Positions 38,651-51,740 of a stretch of 64,000 nucleotides of DNA are shown here, in pieces; position 1 is the stretch's first letter; each line of letters opens with the position of its first letter. A program made the translations under genes and the position numbers. A model generated the notes under the pieces. It was not told the DNA's origin. It was given only the letters and a program-made list of their open reading frames with translations, and did no database searches. Origin of the DNA: Eledone cirrhosa. Its lineage: Eukaryota. The DNA is taken from contig CAXHJY010000696.1 in assembly GCA_964016885.1 (NCBI GenBank), positions 1-64,000 on the forward strand, in the 5' to 3' direction.

Positions 38651-41600
38651 TATTGAAGGAAGGAAGGAGTGGAAGGAAGTATGACTGTAATGATGTATTG
38701 AAGGAGGGAAGGAAGGCGTCGAAGGAAGTATGACTGTAATGATGTATTGAAGGAAGGAAGGAGTGGAAGGAAGTATGACTGTAATGATGTATTGAAGGAA
38801 GGAAGGAGTGGAAGGAAGTATGACTGTAATGATGTATTGAAGGAAGGAGTGGAAGGAAGTATGTCTGTAATGATTTATTGAAGGAAGGAGTTGAAGGAAG
38901 TATGACTGTAATGATGTATTGAAGGAGGGAAGGAAGGCGTCGAAGGAAGTATGACTGTAATGATGTATTGAAGGAATGAAGGAGTGGAAGGAAGTATGAC
39001 TGTAATGATGTATTGAAGGAGGGAAGGAAGGCGTCGAAGGAAGTATGACTGTAATGATGTATTGAAGGAAGGAAGGAGTGGAAGGAAGTATGACTGTAAT
39101 GATGTATTGAAGGAAGGAAGGAGTGGAAGGAAGTATGACTGTAATGACGTATTGAAGGAAGGAGTGGAAGGAAGTATGTCTGTAATGATTTATTGAAGGA
39201 AGGAGTTGAAGGAAGTATGACTGTAATGATGTATTGAAGGAAGGAAGGAGTGGAAGGAAGTATGACAGTAATGATGTATTGAAGGAAGGAAGCAGTGGAA
39301 GGAAGTATGTCTGTAATGATGTATTGTAGGAGGGAAGGAAGGAGTGGAAGGAAGTATGACTGTAATGATGTATTGAAGGAATGAAGGAGTGGAAGGAAGT
39401 ATGACTGTAATGATGCATTGAAGGAGGGAAGGAGTGGACGGAAGTATGACTGTAATGATGTATTGAAGGAAGGCAGGAAGGAAGGAGTGGAAGGAAGTAT
39501 GTCTGTAATGATTTATTGAAGGAAGGAGTTGAAGGAAGTATGACTGTAATGATGTATTGAAGGAAGGAAGGAGTGGAAGGAAGTATGACAGTAATGATGT
39601 ATTGAAGGAAGGAAGCAGTGGAAGGAAGTATGTCTGTAATGATGTATTGTAGGAGGGAAGGAAGGAGTGGAAGGAAGTATGACTGTAATGATGTATTGAA
39701 GGAAGGAAGGAGTGGAAGGAAGTATGACTGTAATGATGTATTGAAGGAAGGAAGGAGTGGAAGGAAGTATGACTGTAATGACGTATTGAAGGAAGGAGTG
39801 GAAGGAAGTATGTCTGTAATGATTTATTGAAGGAAGGAGTTGAAGGAAGTATGACTGTAATGATGTATTGAAGGAAGGAAGGAGTGGGAGGAAGTATGAC
39901 TGTAATGATGTATTGAAGGAAGGAAGGAGTGGAAGGAAGTATGACTGTAATGATGTATTGAAGGAAGGAAGGAGTGGAAGGAAGTATGTCTGTAATGATG
40001 TATTGAAGGAAGGAGTGGAAGGAAGTATGACTGTAATGATGTATTGAAGGAAGGAAGGAGTTGAAGGAAGTATGACTGTAATGATGTATTGAAGGAACGA
40101 AGGAAGGAGTGAAAGGAAGTATGACTGTAATGATGTATTGAAGGAAGGAAGGAAGGAGTGAAAGGAAGTATGACTGTAATGATGTATTGAAGGAAGGAAG
40201 GAAGGAGTGGAAGGAAGTATGATTGTAATGATGTAATGAACGAGGGAAGGAAGGAGTGGAAGGAAGTATGACTGTAATGATGTATTGAAGGAAGGAGGGA
40301 AGGAAGGAGTGGAAGGAAGTATGACTGTAATGATGTATTGAAGGAAGGAAGGAAGGAGTGGAAGGAAGTATGATTGTAATGATGTATTGAAGGAAGGAAG
40401 GAGTGGAAGGAAGTATGTCTGTAATGATGTATTGAAGGAAGGAAGGAGTGGAAGGAAGTATGATTGTAATGATGTATTGAAGGAAGGAAGGAGTGGAAGG
40501 AAGTATGACTGTAATGATGTATTGAAGGAAGGAAGGAAGGAGTGGAAGGAAGTATGATTGTAATGATGTATTGAAGGAAGGAAGGAGTGGAAGGAAGTAT
40601 GTCTGTAATGATGTATTGAAGGAAGGAAGGAGTGGAAGGAAGTATGTCTGTAATGATGTATTGAAGGAAGGAAGGAGTGGAAGGAAGTATGACTGTAATG
40701 ATGTATTGAAGGAAGGAAGGAGTGGAAGGAGTGGAAGGAAGTATGACTGTAATGATGTATTGAAGGAAGGAAGGAGTGGAAGGAAGTATGTCTGTAATGA
40801 TGTATTGAAGGAAGGAAGGAGTGGAAGGAAGTATGATTGTAATGATGTATTGAAGGAAGGAATGAGTGGAAGGAAGTATGACTGTAATGATGTATTGAAG
40901 GAAGGAAGGAGTGGAAGGAGTGGAAGGAAGTATGACTGTAATGATGTATTGAAGGAAGGAAGGAGTGGAAGGAAGTATGTCTGTCATGATGTATTGAAGG
41001 AAGGAAGGAGTGGAAGGAAGTATGTCTGTAATGATGTATTGAAGGAGGGAAGGAGTGGAAGGAAGTATGACTGTAATGATGTATTGAAGGAGGGAAGGAG
41101 TGGAAGGAAGTATGACTGTAATGATGTATTGAAGGAAGGAAGGAAGGAGTGGAAGGAAGTATGACTGTAATGATGTATTGAAGGAAGGAAGGAGTGGAAA
41201 GAAGTATGTCTGTAATGATGTATTGAAGGAGGGAAGGAAGGAGTGGAAGGAAGTATGACTGTAATGATGTATTTAAGGAAGGAAGGAGTGGAAGGAAGTA
41301 TGACTGTAATGATGTATTGAAGGAAGGAAGGAGTTGAAGGAAGTATGACTGTGATGATGTATTGAAGGAAGGAAGGAGTTGAAGGAAGTATGACTGTGAT
41401 GATGTATTGAAGGAAGGAAGGAGTGGAAGGAAGTATGTCTGTAATGATGTATTGAAGGAAGGAAGGAGTTGAAGGAAGTATGACTGTAATGATGTATTGA
41501 AGGAAGGAATGAGTGGAAGGAATTATGACTGTGATGATGTATTGAAGGAAGGAAGGAGTGGAAGGAAGTATGTATGTAATGATGTATTGAAGGAAGGAAG

Positions 41601-44600
41601 CAGTGGAAGGAAGTATGACTGTAATGATGTATTGAAGGAAGGAAGGAGTGGAAGGAAGTATGACTGTAATGATGTATTGAAGGAAGGAAGAAGTGGAAGG
41701 AAGTATGACTGTAATGATGCATTGAAGGAAGGAAGGAGTGGAAGGAAGTATGACTGTAATGATGTATTGAAGGAAGGAAGGAGTGGAAGGAAGTATGTAT
41801 GTAATGATGTATTGAAGGAAGGAAGCAGTGGAAGGAAGTATGACTGTAATGATGTATTGAAGGAAGGAAGGAGTGAAAGGAAGTATGACTGTAATGATGT
41901 ATTGAAGGAACGAAGGAAGGAGTGGAAGGAAGTATGACTGTGATGATGTATTGAAGGAAGGAAGGAGTGGAAGGAAGTATGTATGTAATGATGTATTGAA
42001 GGAAGGAAGCAGTGGAAGGAAGTATGACTGTAATGATGTATTGAAGGAAGGAAGGAGTGGAAGGAAGTATGACTGTAATGATGTATTGAAGGAAGGAAGG
42101 AGAGGAAGAAAGTATGACTGTAATGATGTATTGAAGTAAGGAAGGAGTGGAAGGAAGTATGACTGTAATGATGTATTGAAGGAAGGAAGGAGTGGAAGAA
42201 AGTATGACTGTAATGATGTATTGAAGGAAGGAAGGAGTGGAAGGAAGAATGACTGTAATGATGTATTGAAGAAAGGAAGGAGTGGAAGGAAGTATGACTG
42301 TAATGATGTATTGAAGGAAGGAAGGAGAGGAAGAAAGTATGACTGTAATGATGTATTGAAGGAAGGAAGGAGAGGAAGAAGTATGACTGTAATGATGTAT
42401 TGAAGGAAGGAAGGAGTGGAAGGAAGTATGACTGTAATGTTGTATTGAAGAAAGGAAGGAGTGGAAGGAAGTATGACTGTAATGATGTATTGAAGGAAGG
42501 AAGGAGTGGAAGGAAGTATGACTGTAATGATGTATTGAAGGAAGGAGTGGAAAGGAAGTATGACTGTAATGATGTATTGAAGGAAGGAAGGAGAGGAAGA
42601 AAGTATGACTGTAATGATGTATTGAAGGAAGGAAGGAGAGGAAGAAGTATGACTGTAATGATGTATTGAAGGAAGGAAGGAGTGGAAGGAAGTATGACTG
42701 TAATGATGTATTGAAGGAAGGAAGAAGTGGAAGAAAGTATGACTGTAATGATGTATTGAAGGAAGGAAGGAAGGAGTGGAAGGAAGTATGACTGTAATGA
42801 TGTATTGAAGGAAGGAAGGAGTGGAAGGAAGTATGACTGTAATGATGTATTGAAGGAAGGAAGGAAGGAGTGGAAGGAAGTATGACTGTAATGATGTATT
42901 GAAGGAAGGAAGGAGTGGAAGGAAGTATGACTGTAATGATGTATTGAAGGAAGGAGTGGAAGGAAGTATGACTGTAATGATGTATTGAAGGAAGGAAGGA
43001 GAGGAAGAAAGTATGATTGTAATGATGTATTGAAGGAAGGAAGGAGTGGAAAGAAGTATGTCTGTAATGATGTATTGAAGGAAGGAGTGGAAAGGAAGTA
43101 TGACTGTAATGATGTATTGAAGGAAGGAGTGGAAGGAAGTATGACTGTAATGATGTTTTGAACGAATGAAGGAGTGGATGGAAGTATAACTGTAATGATG
43201 TATTGAAGGAACGAAGGAAGGAGTGGAAGGAAGTATGACTGTAATGATGTATTGAAGGAAGGAAGGAGTGGAAGGAAGTATGTCTGTAATGATGTATTGA
43301 AGGAAGGAAGGAGTTGAAGGGAGTATGACTGTAATGATGTATAGAAGGAAGGAATGAGTGGAAGGAATTATGACTGTAATGATGTATTGAAGGAAGGAAG
43401 AAGTGGAAGGAAGTATGACTGTAATGATGCATTGAAGGAAGGAAGGAGTGGAAGGAAGTATGACTGTAATGATGTATTGAAGGAAGGAAGGAGTGGAAGG
43501 AAGTATGACTGTAATGATGTATTGAAGGAACGAAGGAAGGAGTGGAAGGAAGTATGACTGTGATGATGTATTGAAGGAAGGAAGGAGTGGAAGGAAGTAT
43601 GTCTGTAATGATGTATTGAAGGAAGGAAGGAGTGGAATGAAGTATAACTGTAATGATGTATTGAAGGAAGGAAGGAGTGGAATGAAGTATGACTGTAATG
43701 ATGTATTGAAGGAAGGAAGGAGAGGAAGAAAGTATGACTGTAATGATGTATTGAAGGAAGGAAGGAGTGGAAGGAAGTATGACTGTAATGATGTATTGAA
43801 GGAAGGAAGGAGTGGAAGAAAGTATGACTGTAATGATGTATTGAAGGAAGGAAGGAAGGAGTGGAAGGAAGTATGACTGTAATGATGTATTGAAGGAAGG
43901 AAGGAGTGGGAGGAAGTATGACTGTAATGATGTATTGAAGGAAGGAAGGAGAGAAGAAAGTATGACTGTAATGATGTATTGAAGGAAGGAAGGAGTGGAA
44001 GGAAGTATGAATGTAATGATGTATTGAAGGAAGGAAGGAGAGAAGAAAGTATGACTGTAATGATGTATTGAAGGAAGGAAGGAGTGGAAGGAAGTATGAA
44101 TGTAATGATGTATTGAAGGAAGGATGGAGTGGAAGAAAGTATGACTGTAATGATGTATTGAAGGAAGGAAGGAGTGGAAGGAAGTATGACTGTAATGATG
44201 TATTGAAGGAAGGAGTGGAAAGAAAGTATGACTGTAATGATGTATTGAAGGAAGGAGTGGAAGGAAGTATGACAGTAAGGATGTATTGAAGGAAGGAGTG
44301 GAAGGAAGTATGACTGTAATGATGTATTGAACGAATGAAGGAGTGGATGGAAGTATAACTGTAATGATGTATTGAAGGAACGAAGGAAGGAGTGGAAGGA
44401 AGTATGACTGTAATGATGTATTGAAGGAAGGAGTGGAAGGAAGTATGACTGTAATGATGTATTGAAGGAAGGAAGGAGTGGAAGCATGTATGACTGTAAT
44501 GATGTATTGAAGGAAGGAAGGAGTGGAAGGAAGTATGACTGTAATGATGTATTGAAGGAAGGAAGGAGTTGAAGGAAGTATGACTGTGATGATGTATTGA

Positions 44601-45570
44601 AGGAAGGAAGGAGTTGAAGGAAGTATGACTGTGATGATGTATTGAAGGAAGGAAGGAGTGGAAGGAAGTATGTCTGTAATGATGTATTGAAGGAAGGAAG
44701 GAGTTGAAGGAAGTATGACTGTAATGATGTATTGAAGGAAGGAATGAGTGGAAGGAATTATGACTGTGATGATGTATTGAAGGAAGGAAGAATTGGAAGG
44801 AAGTATGTCTGTAATGATGCATTGAAGGAAGGAAGGAGTGGAAGGAAGTATGACTGTAATGATGTATTGAAGGAAGGAAGTATGACTGTAATGATGTATT
44901 GAAGGGACGAAGGAAGGAGTGGAAGGAAGTATGACTGTAATGATGTATTGAAGGAAGGAAGTATGACTGTAATGATGTATTGAAGGGACGAAGGAAGGAG
45001 TGGAAGGAAGTATGACTGTAATGATGTATTGAAGGAAGGAGTGGAAAGAAGTATGACTGTAATGATGTATTGAAGGAAGGAAGGAGTGGAAGAAAGTATG
45101 ACTGTAATGATGTATTGAAGGAAGGAAGGAGTGGAAGGAAGTATGACTGTAATGATGTATTGAAGGAAGGAAGGAGTGGAAGGAAGTATGACTGTAATGA
45201 TGTATTGAAGGAACGAAGGAAGGAGTGGAAGGAAGTATGACTGTGATGATGTATTGAAACAAGGAAGGAGTGGAAGGAAGTATGTCTGTAATGATGTATT
45301 GAAGGAAGGAGTGGAAAGAAGTATGACTGTAATGATGTATTGAAGGAAGGAAGGAGTGGAAGAAAGTATGACTGTAATGATGTATTGAAGGAAGGAAGGA
45401 GTGGAAGGAAGTATGACTGTAATGATGTATTGAAGGAAGGAAGGAGTGGAAGGAAGTATGACTGTAATGATGTATTGAAGGAAGGAAGGAGTGGAAGGAA
45501 GTATGACTGTAATGATGTATTGAAGGAACGAAGGAAGGAGTGGAAGGAAGTATGACTGTGATGATGTATT

Positions 45571-45821
45571 GAAGGAAGTATGACTGTAATGATGTATTGA
45601 AGGAAGTATGACTGTAATGATGTATTGAAGGAAGGAAGGAGTGGAAGGAAGTATGACTGTAATGATGTATTGAAGGAAGGAAGGAGTGGAAGGAAGTATG
45701 ACTGTAATGATGTATTGAAGGAACGAAGGAAGGAGTGGAAGGAAGTATGACTGTGATGATGTATTGAAGGAAGTATGACTGTAATGATGTATTGAAGGAA
45801 GTATGACTGTAATGATGTATT
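45571..45821. repeat. Two pairs of minimal 28-bp monomers (GAAGGAAGTATGACTGTAATGATGTATT), 195 bp apart
   Basis: Units at 45571-45598, 45599-45626, 45766-45793 and 45794-45821 lack the 17-bp GAAGGAAGGAAGGAGTG segment. Confidence 0.93.
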
Positions 45822-48293
45822 GAATGAAGGAAGGAGAGGAAGAACGTATGACTGTAATGATGTATTGAAAGAAGGAAGGAGTGGAAGGAAGTATGACTGT
45901 AATGATGTATTGAAGGAAGGAAGGAGTGGAAGAAAGTATGACTGTAATGATGTATTGAAGGAAGGAAGGAGTGGAAGGAAGTATGACTGTAATGATGTAT
46001 TGAAGGAAGGAAGGAGAGGAAGAAAGTATGACTGTAATGATGTATTGAAGGAAGGAAGGAGAGGAAGAAAGTATGACTGTAATGATGTATTGAAGGAAGG
46101 ACGGAATGAGTGGAAGGAAGTATGACTGTAATGATGTATTGAAGGAAGGAAGGAATGGAAGGAAGTATGTCTGTAATGATGTATTGAAGGAAGGAAGGAG
46201 TGGAAGGAAGTATGTCTGTAATGATGTATTGAAGGAAGGAAGGAGTGGAAGGAAGTATGTCTGTAATGATGTATTGAAGGAAGGAAGGAAGGAGAGGAAG
46301 GAAGTATGACTGTAATGATGTATTGAAGGAAGGAAGGAGTGGAAGGAATTATGACTGTAATGATGTATTGAAGGAAGGAAGGAGTGGAAGGAATTATGAC
46401 AGTAATGATGTATTGAAGGAAGGAAGGAGTGGAAGGAAGTATGTCTGTAATGATGTATTGAAGGAAAGAAGGAGTGGAAGGAAGTATGACTGTAATGATG
46501 TATTGAAGGAAGGAAGGAGTGGAAGGAAGAATGACTGTAATGATGTATTGAAGGAAGGAAGGAGTGGATGGAAATATGACTGTAAGGATGTATTGAAGGA
46601 GGGAAGGAAGGAGTGGAAGGAAGTACGACTGTAATGATGTATTGAAGGAAGGAAGGAGTGGAAGGAAATATGACTGTAATGATGTATTGAAGGAAGGAAG
46701 GAGTGGAAGGAAGTATGACTGTAATGATGTTTTGAAGGAAGGAAGGAGTGGAAGGAAGTATGACCGTAATGATGTATTGAAGGAAGGAAGGAGTGGAAGG
46801 AAGTATGACTGTAATGATGTATTGAAGGAAGGAGTGGAAAGGAAGTATGACTGTAATGATGTATTGAAGGAAGGAAGGAGTTGAAGGAAGTATGACTGTG
46901 ATGATGTATTGAAGGAAGGAAGGAGTGGAAGGAAGTATGACCGTAATGATGTATTGAAGGAAGGAAGGAGTGGAAGGAAGTATGACTGTAATGATGTATT
47001 GAAGGAAGGAGTGGAAAGGAAGTATGACTGTAATGATGTATTGAAGGAAGGAAGGAGTGAAAGGAAGTATGACTGTAATGATGTAATGAACGAGGGAAGG
47101 AAGGAGTGGAAGGAAGTATGACTGTAATGATGTAATGAACGAGGGAAGGAAGGAGTGGAAGGAAGTATGACTGTAATGATGTATTGAAGGAACGAAGGAA
47201 GGGGTGAAAGGAAGTATGACTGTAATGATGTAATGAACGAGGGAAGGAAGGAGTGGAAGGAAGTATGACTGTAATGATGTAATGAACGAGGGAAGGAAGG
47301 AGTGGAAGGAAGTATGACTGTAATGATGTATTGAAGGAAGGAAGGAGTGGAAAGAAATATGACTGTAATGATGTATTGAAGGAGGGAAGGAAGGAGTGGA
47401 AGGAAGTATGACTGTAATGATGTATTTAAGGAAGGAAGGAGTGGAAGGAAGTATGACTGTAATGATGTATTGAAGGAAGGAAGGAGTTGAAGGATGTATG
47501 ACTGTGATGATGTATTGAAGGAAGGAAGAAGTTGAAGGAAGTATGACTGTGATGATGTATTGAAGGAAGGAAGGAGTGGAAGGAAGTATGTCTGTAATGA
47601 TGTATTGAAGGAAGGAAGGAGTGGAAGGAAGTATGTCTGTCATGATGTATTGAAGGAAGGAATAAGTGGAAGGAATTATGACTGTGATGATGTATTGAAG
47701 GAAGGAAGAAGTGGAAGGAAGTATGTCTGTAATGATGTATTGAAGGAGGGAAGGAAGGAGTGGAAGGAAGTATGTCTGTAATGATGAATTGAAGGAAGGA
47801 AGGAGTTGAAGGAAGTATGACTGTAATGATGTATTGAAGGAAGGAATAAGTGGAAGGAATTATGACTGTGATGATGTATTGAAGGAAGGAAGAAGTGGAA
47901 GGAAGTATGTCTGTAATGATGTATTGAAGGAGGGAAGGAAGGAGTGGAAGGAAGTATGACTGTAATGATGTATTGAAGGAAGAAAGGAGTGGAAGGAAGT
48001 ATGACTGTAATGATGTATTGAAGGGACGAAGGAAGGAGTGGAAGGAAGTATGACTGTGATGATGTATTGAAGGAGGGAAGGAAGGAGTGGAAGGAAGTAT
48101 GACTGTAATGATGTATTGAAGGAAGGAAGGAGTGGAAGGAAGTATGTCTGTAATGATGTATTGAAGGAAGGAAGGAGTGGAAGGAAGTATGTCTGTAATG
48201 ATGTATTGAAGGAAGGAGTGGAAGGAAGTATGACTGTGATGATGTATTGAAGGAAGGAAGGAGTGGAAGGAAGTATGACTGTAATGATGTATT

Positions 48294-49690
48294 GAAGGAA
48301 GGAAGGAAGGAAGGAGTGGAAGGAAGTATGACTGTAATGATGTATTGAAGGAAGGAAGGAGTGGAAAGAAATATGACTGTAATGATGTATTGAAGGAGGG
48401 AAGGAAGGAGTGGAAGGAAGTATGACTGTGATGATGTATTGAAGGAAGGAAGGAGTGGAAGGAAGTATGACTGTAATGATGTATTGAAGGAAGGAAGGAA
48501 GGAAGGAGTGGAAGGAAGTATGACTGTAATGATGTATTGAAGGAAGGAAGGAGTGGAAAGAAATATGACTGTAATGATGTATTGAAGGAGGGAAGGAAGG
48601 AGTGGAAGGAAGTATGACTGTAATGATGTATTTAAGGAAGGAAGGAGTGGAAGGAAGTATGACTGTAATGATGTATTGAAGGAAGGAAGGAAGGAAGGAG
48701 TGGAAGGAAGTATGACTGTAATGATGTATTGAAGGAAGGAAGGAGTGGAAAGAAATATGACTGTAATGATGTATTGAAGGAGGGAAGGAAGGAGTGGAAG
48801 GAAGTATGACTGTGATGATGTATTGAAGGAAGGAAGGAGTGGAAGGAAGTATGACTGTAATGATGTATTGAAGGAAGGAAGGAAGGAAGGAGTGGAAGGA
48901 AGTATGACTGTAATGATGTATTGAAGGAAGGAAGGAGTGGAAAGAAATATGACTGTAATGATGTATTGAAGGAGGGAAGGAAGGAGTGGAAGGAAGTATG
49001 ACTGTAATGATGTATTTAAGGAAGGAAGGAGTGGAAGGAAGTATGACTGTAATGATGTATTGAAGGAAGGAAGGAAGGAAGGAGTGGAAGGAAGTATGAC
49101 TGTAATGATGTATTGAAGGAAGGAAGGAGTGGAAGGAAGTATGACTGTAATGATGTATTGAAGGAAGGAAGGAAGGAAGGAGTGGAAGGAAGTATGACTG
49201 TAATGATGTATTGAAGGAAGGAAGGAGTGGAAAGAAATATGACTGTAATGATGTATTGAAGGAGGGAAGGAAGGAGTGGAAGGAAGTATGACTGTAATGA
49301 TGTATTTAAGGAAGGAAGGAGTGGAAGGAAGTATGACTGTAATGATGTATTGAAGGAAGGAAGGAAGGAAGGAGTGGAAGGAAGTATGACTGTAATGATG
49401 TATTGAAGGAAGGAAGGAGTGGAAAGAAATATGACTGTAATGATGTATTGAAGGAGGGAAGGAAGGAGTGGAAGGAAGTATGACTGTGATGATGTATTGA
49501 AGGAAGGAAGGAGTGGAAGGAAGTATGACTGTAATGATGTATTGAAGGAAGGAAGGAAGGAAGGAGTGGAAGGAAGTATGACTGTAATGATGTATTGAAG
49601 GAAGGAAGGAGTGGAAAGAAATATGACTGTAATGATGTATTGAAGGAGGGAAGGAAGGAGTGGAAGGAAGTATGACTGTAATGATGTATT
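48294..49690. repeat. 192-bp tetramer higher-order repeat (53+45+49+45), 7 copies
   Basis: AAAGAAATAT at 48365, 48557, 48749, 48941, 49231, 49423 and 49615 (192 x3, 290, 192 x2). Confidence 0.93.
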
Positions 49691-50869
49691 GAAGGAAGGA
49701 AGGAGTGGAAGGAAGTATGTCTGTAATGATGAATTGAAGGAAGGAAGGAGTTGAAGGAAGTATGACTGTAATGATGTATTGAAGGAAGGAATAAGTGGAA
49801 GGAATTATGACTGTGATGATGTATTGAAGGAAGGAAGAAGTGGAAGGAAGTATGTCTGTAATGATGTATTGAAGGAGGGAAGGAAGGAGTGGAAGGAAGT
49901 ATGACTGTAATGATGCATTGAAGGAAGAAAGGAGTGGAAGGAAGTATGACTGTAATGATGTATTGAAGGGACGAAGGAAGGAGTGGAAGGAAGTATGACT
50001 GTGATGATGTATTGAAGGAGGGAAGGAAGGAGTGGAAGGAAGTATGACTGTAATGATGTATTGAAGGAAGGAAGGAGTGGAAGGAAGTATGTCTGTAATG
50101 ATGTATTGAAGGAAGGAAGGAGTGGAAGGAAGTATGTCTGTAATGATGTATTGAAGGAAGGAGTGGAAGGAAGTATGACTGTGATGATGTATTGAAGGAA
50201 GGAAGGAGTGGAAGGAAGTATGACTGTAATGATGTATTGAAGGAAGGAAGGAGTGGAAGGAAGTATGACTGTGATGATGTAATGAAGGAAGGAAGGAGTG
50301 GAAGGAAGTATGTCTGTAATGATGTATTGAAGGAAGGAGTGGAAGGAAGTATGACTGTAATGATGTATTGAAGGAAGGAAGGAGAGGACGAAAGTATGAC
50401 TGTAATGATGTATTGAAGGAAGGAAGGAGTGGAAGGAAGTATGACTGTAATGATGTATTGAAGGAAGGAAGGAGTGGAAGGAAGTATGACTGTAATGATG
50501 TATTGAAGGAAGGAAGGAGTGGGAGGAAGTATGACTGTAATGATGTATTGAAGGAAGGAAGGAGTGGAAGAATGTATGACTGTAATGATGTATTGAAGGA
50601 AGGAAGGAGTGGAAGGAAGTATGACTGTAATGATGTATTGAAGGAACGAAGGAAGGAGTGGAAGGAAGTATGGCTGTAATGATGTATTGAAGGAAGGAAG
50701 GAGTGGAAGGAAATATGACTGTAATGATGTATTGAAGGAGGAAGGAGTGGAAGGAAATATGACTGTAATGATGTATTGAAGGAAGGAAGGAGTGGAAGGA
50801 AGTATGACTGTAATGATGTTTTGAAGGAAGGAAGGAGTGGAAGGAAGTATGACTGTAATGATGTACTGA

Positions 50870-51740
50870 AGGAAGGAAGGAGTGGAAGGAAGTATGACCG
50901 TAATGATGTATAGAAGTAAGGAAGGAGTGGAAGAAAGTATGACTGTAATGATGTATTGAAGGAAGGAAGGAGTGGAAGAAAGTATGACTGTAATGATGTA
51001 TTGAAGGAAGGAAGAAGTGGAAGGAAGTATGACAGTAATGATGTATTGAAGGAAGGAATGGAAGGAAGTATGACTGTAATGATGTATTGAAGGAAGGATG
51101 GGAAGGAAGTATGACTGTAATGATGTATTGAAGGAAGGAAGGAGTTGAAGGAAGTATGACTGTGATGATGTATTGAAGGAAGGAGTGGAAGGAAGTATGA
51201 CTGTGATGATGTATTGAAAGAAGGAAGGAGTGGAAGGAAGTATGTCTGTAATTATGTATTGAAGGAAGGAAGGAGTGGAAGGAAGTATGACCGTAATGAT
51301 GTATAGAAGTAAGGAAGGAGTGGAAGAAAGTATGACTGTAATGATGTATTGAAGGAAGGAAGGAGTGGAAGGAAGTATGACTGTAATGATGTATTGAAGG
51401 AAGGAAGGAGTGGAAGAAAGTATGACTGTAATGATGTATTGAAGGAAGGAAGAAGTGGAAGGAAGTATGACAGTAATGATGTATTGAAGGAAGGAATGGA
51501 AGGAAGTATGACTGTAATGATGTATTGAAGGAAGGATGGGAAGGAAGTATGACTGTAATGATGTATTGAAGGAAGGAAGGAGTTGAAGGAAGTATGACTG
51601 TGATGATGTATTGAAGGAAGGAGTGGAAGGAAGTATGACTGTGATGATGTATTGAAAGAAGGAAGGAGTGGAAGGAAGTATGTCTGTAATTATGTATTGA
51701 AGGAAGGAAGGAGTGGAAGGAAGTATGACTGTAATGATGT
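50870..51740. repeat. Tandem duplication of a 393/438-bp block
   Basis: TAGAAGTAAG at 50911/51304 (+393) and ATTATG at 51251/51689 (+438); the second copy has one extra 45-bp monomer. Confidence 0.88.

Noticed and set aside
47770-50250. LTR-element-like layout (direct repeats flanking an internal region)
   Set aside because: Both flanks and interior are ordinary satellite monomers. There are no element-like termini, primer-binding site, target-site duplication or coding sequence.
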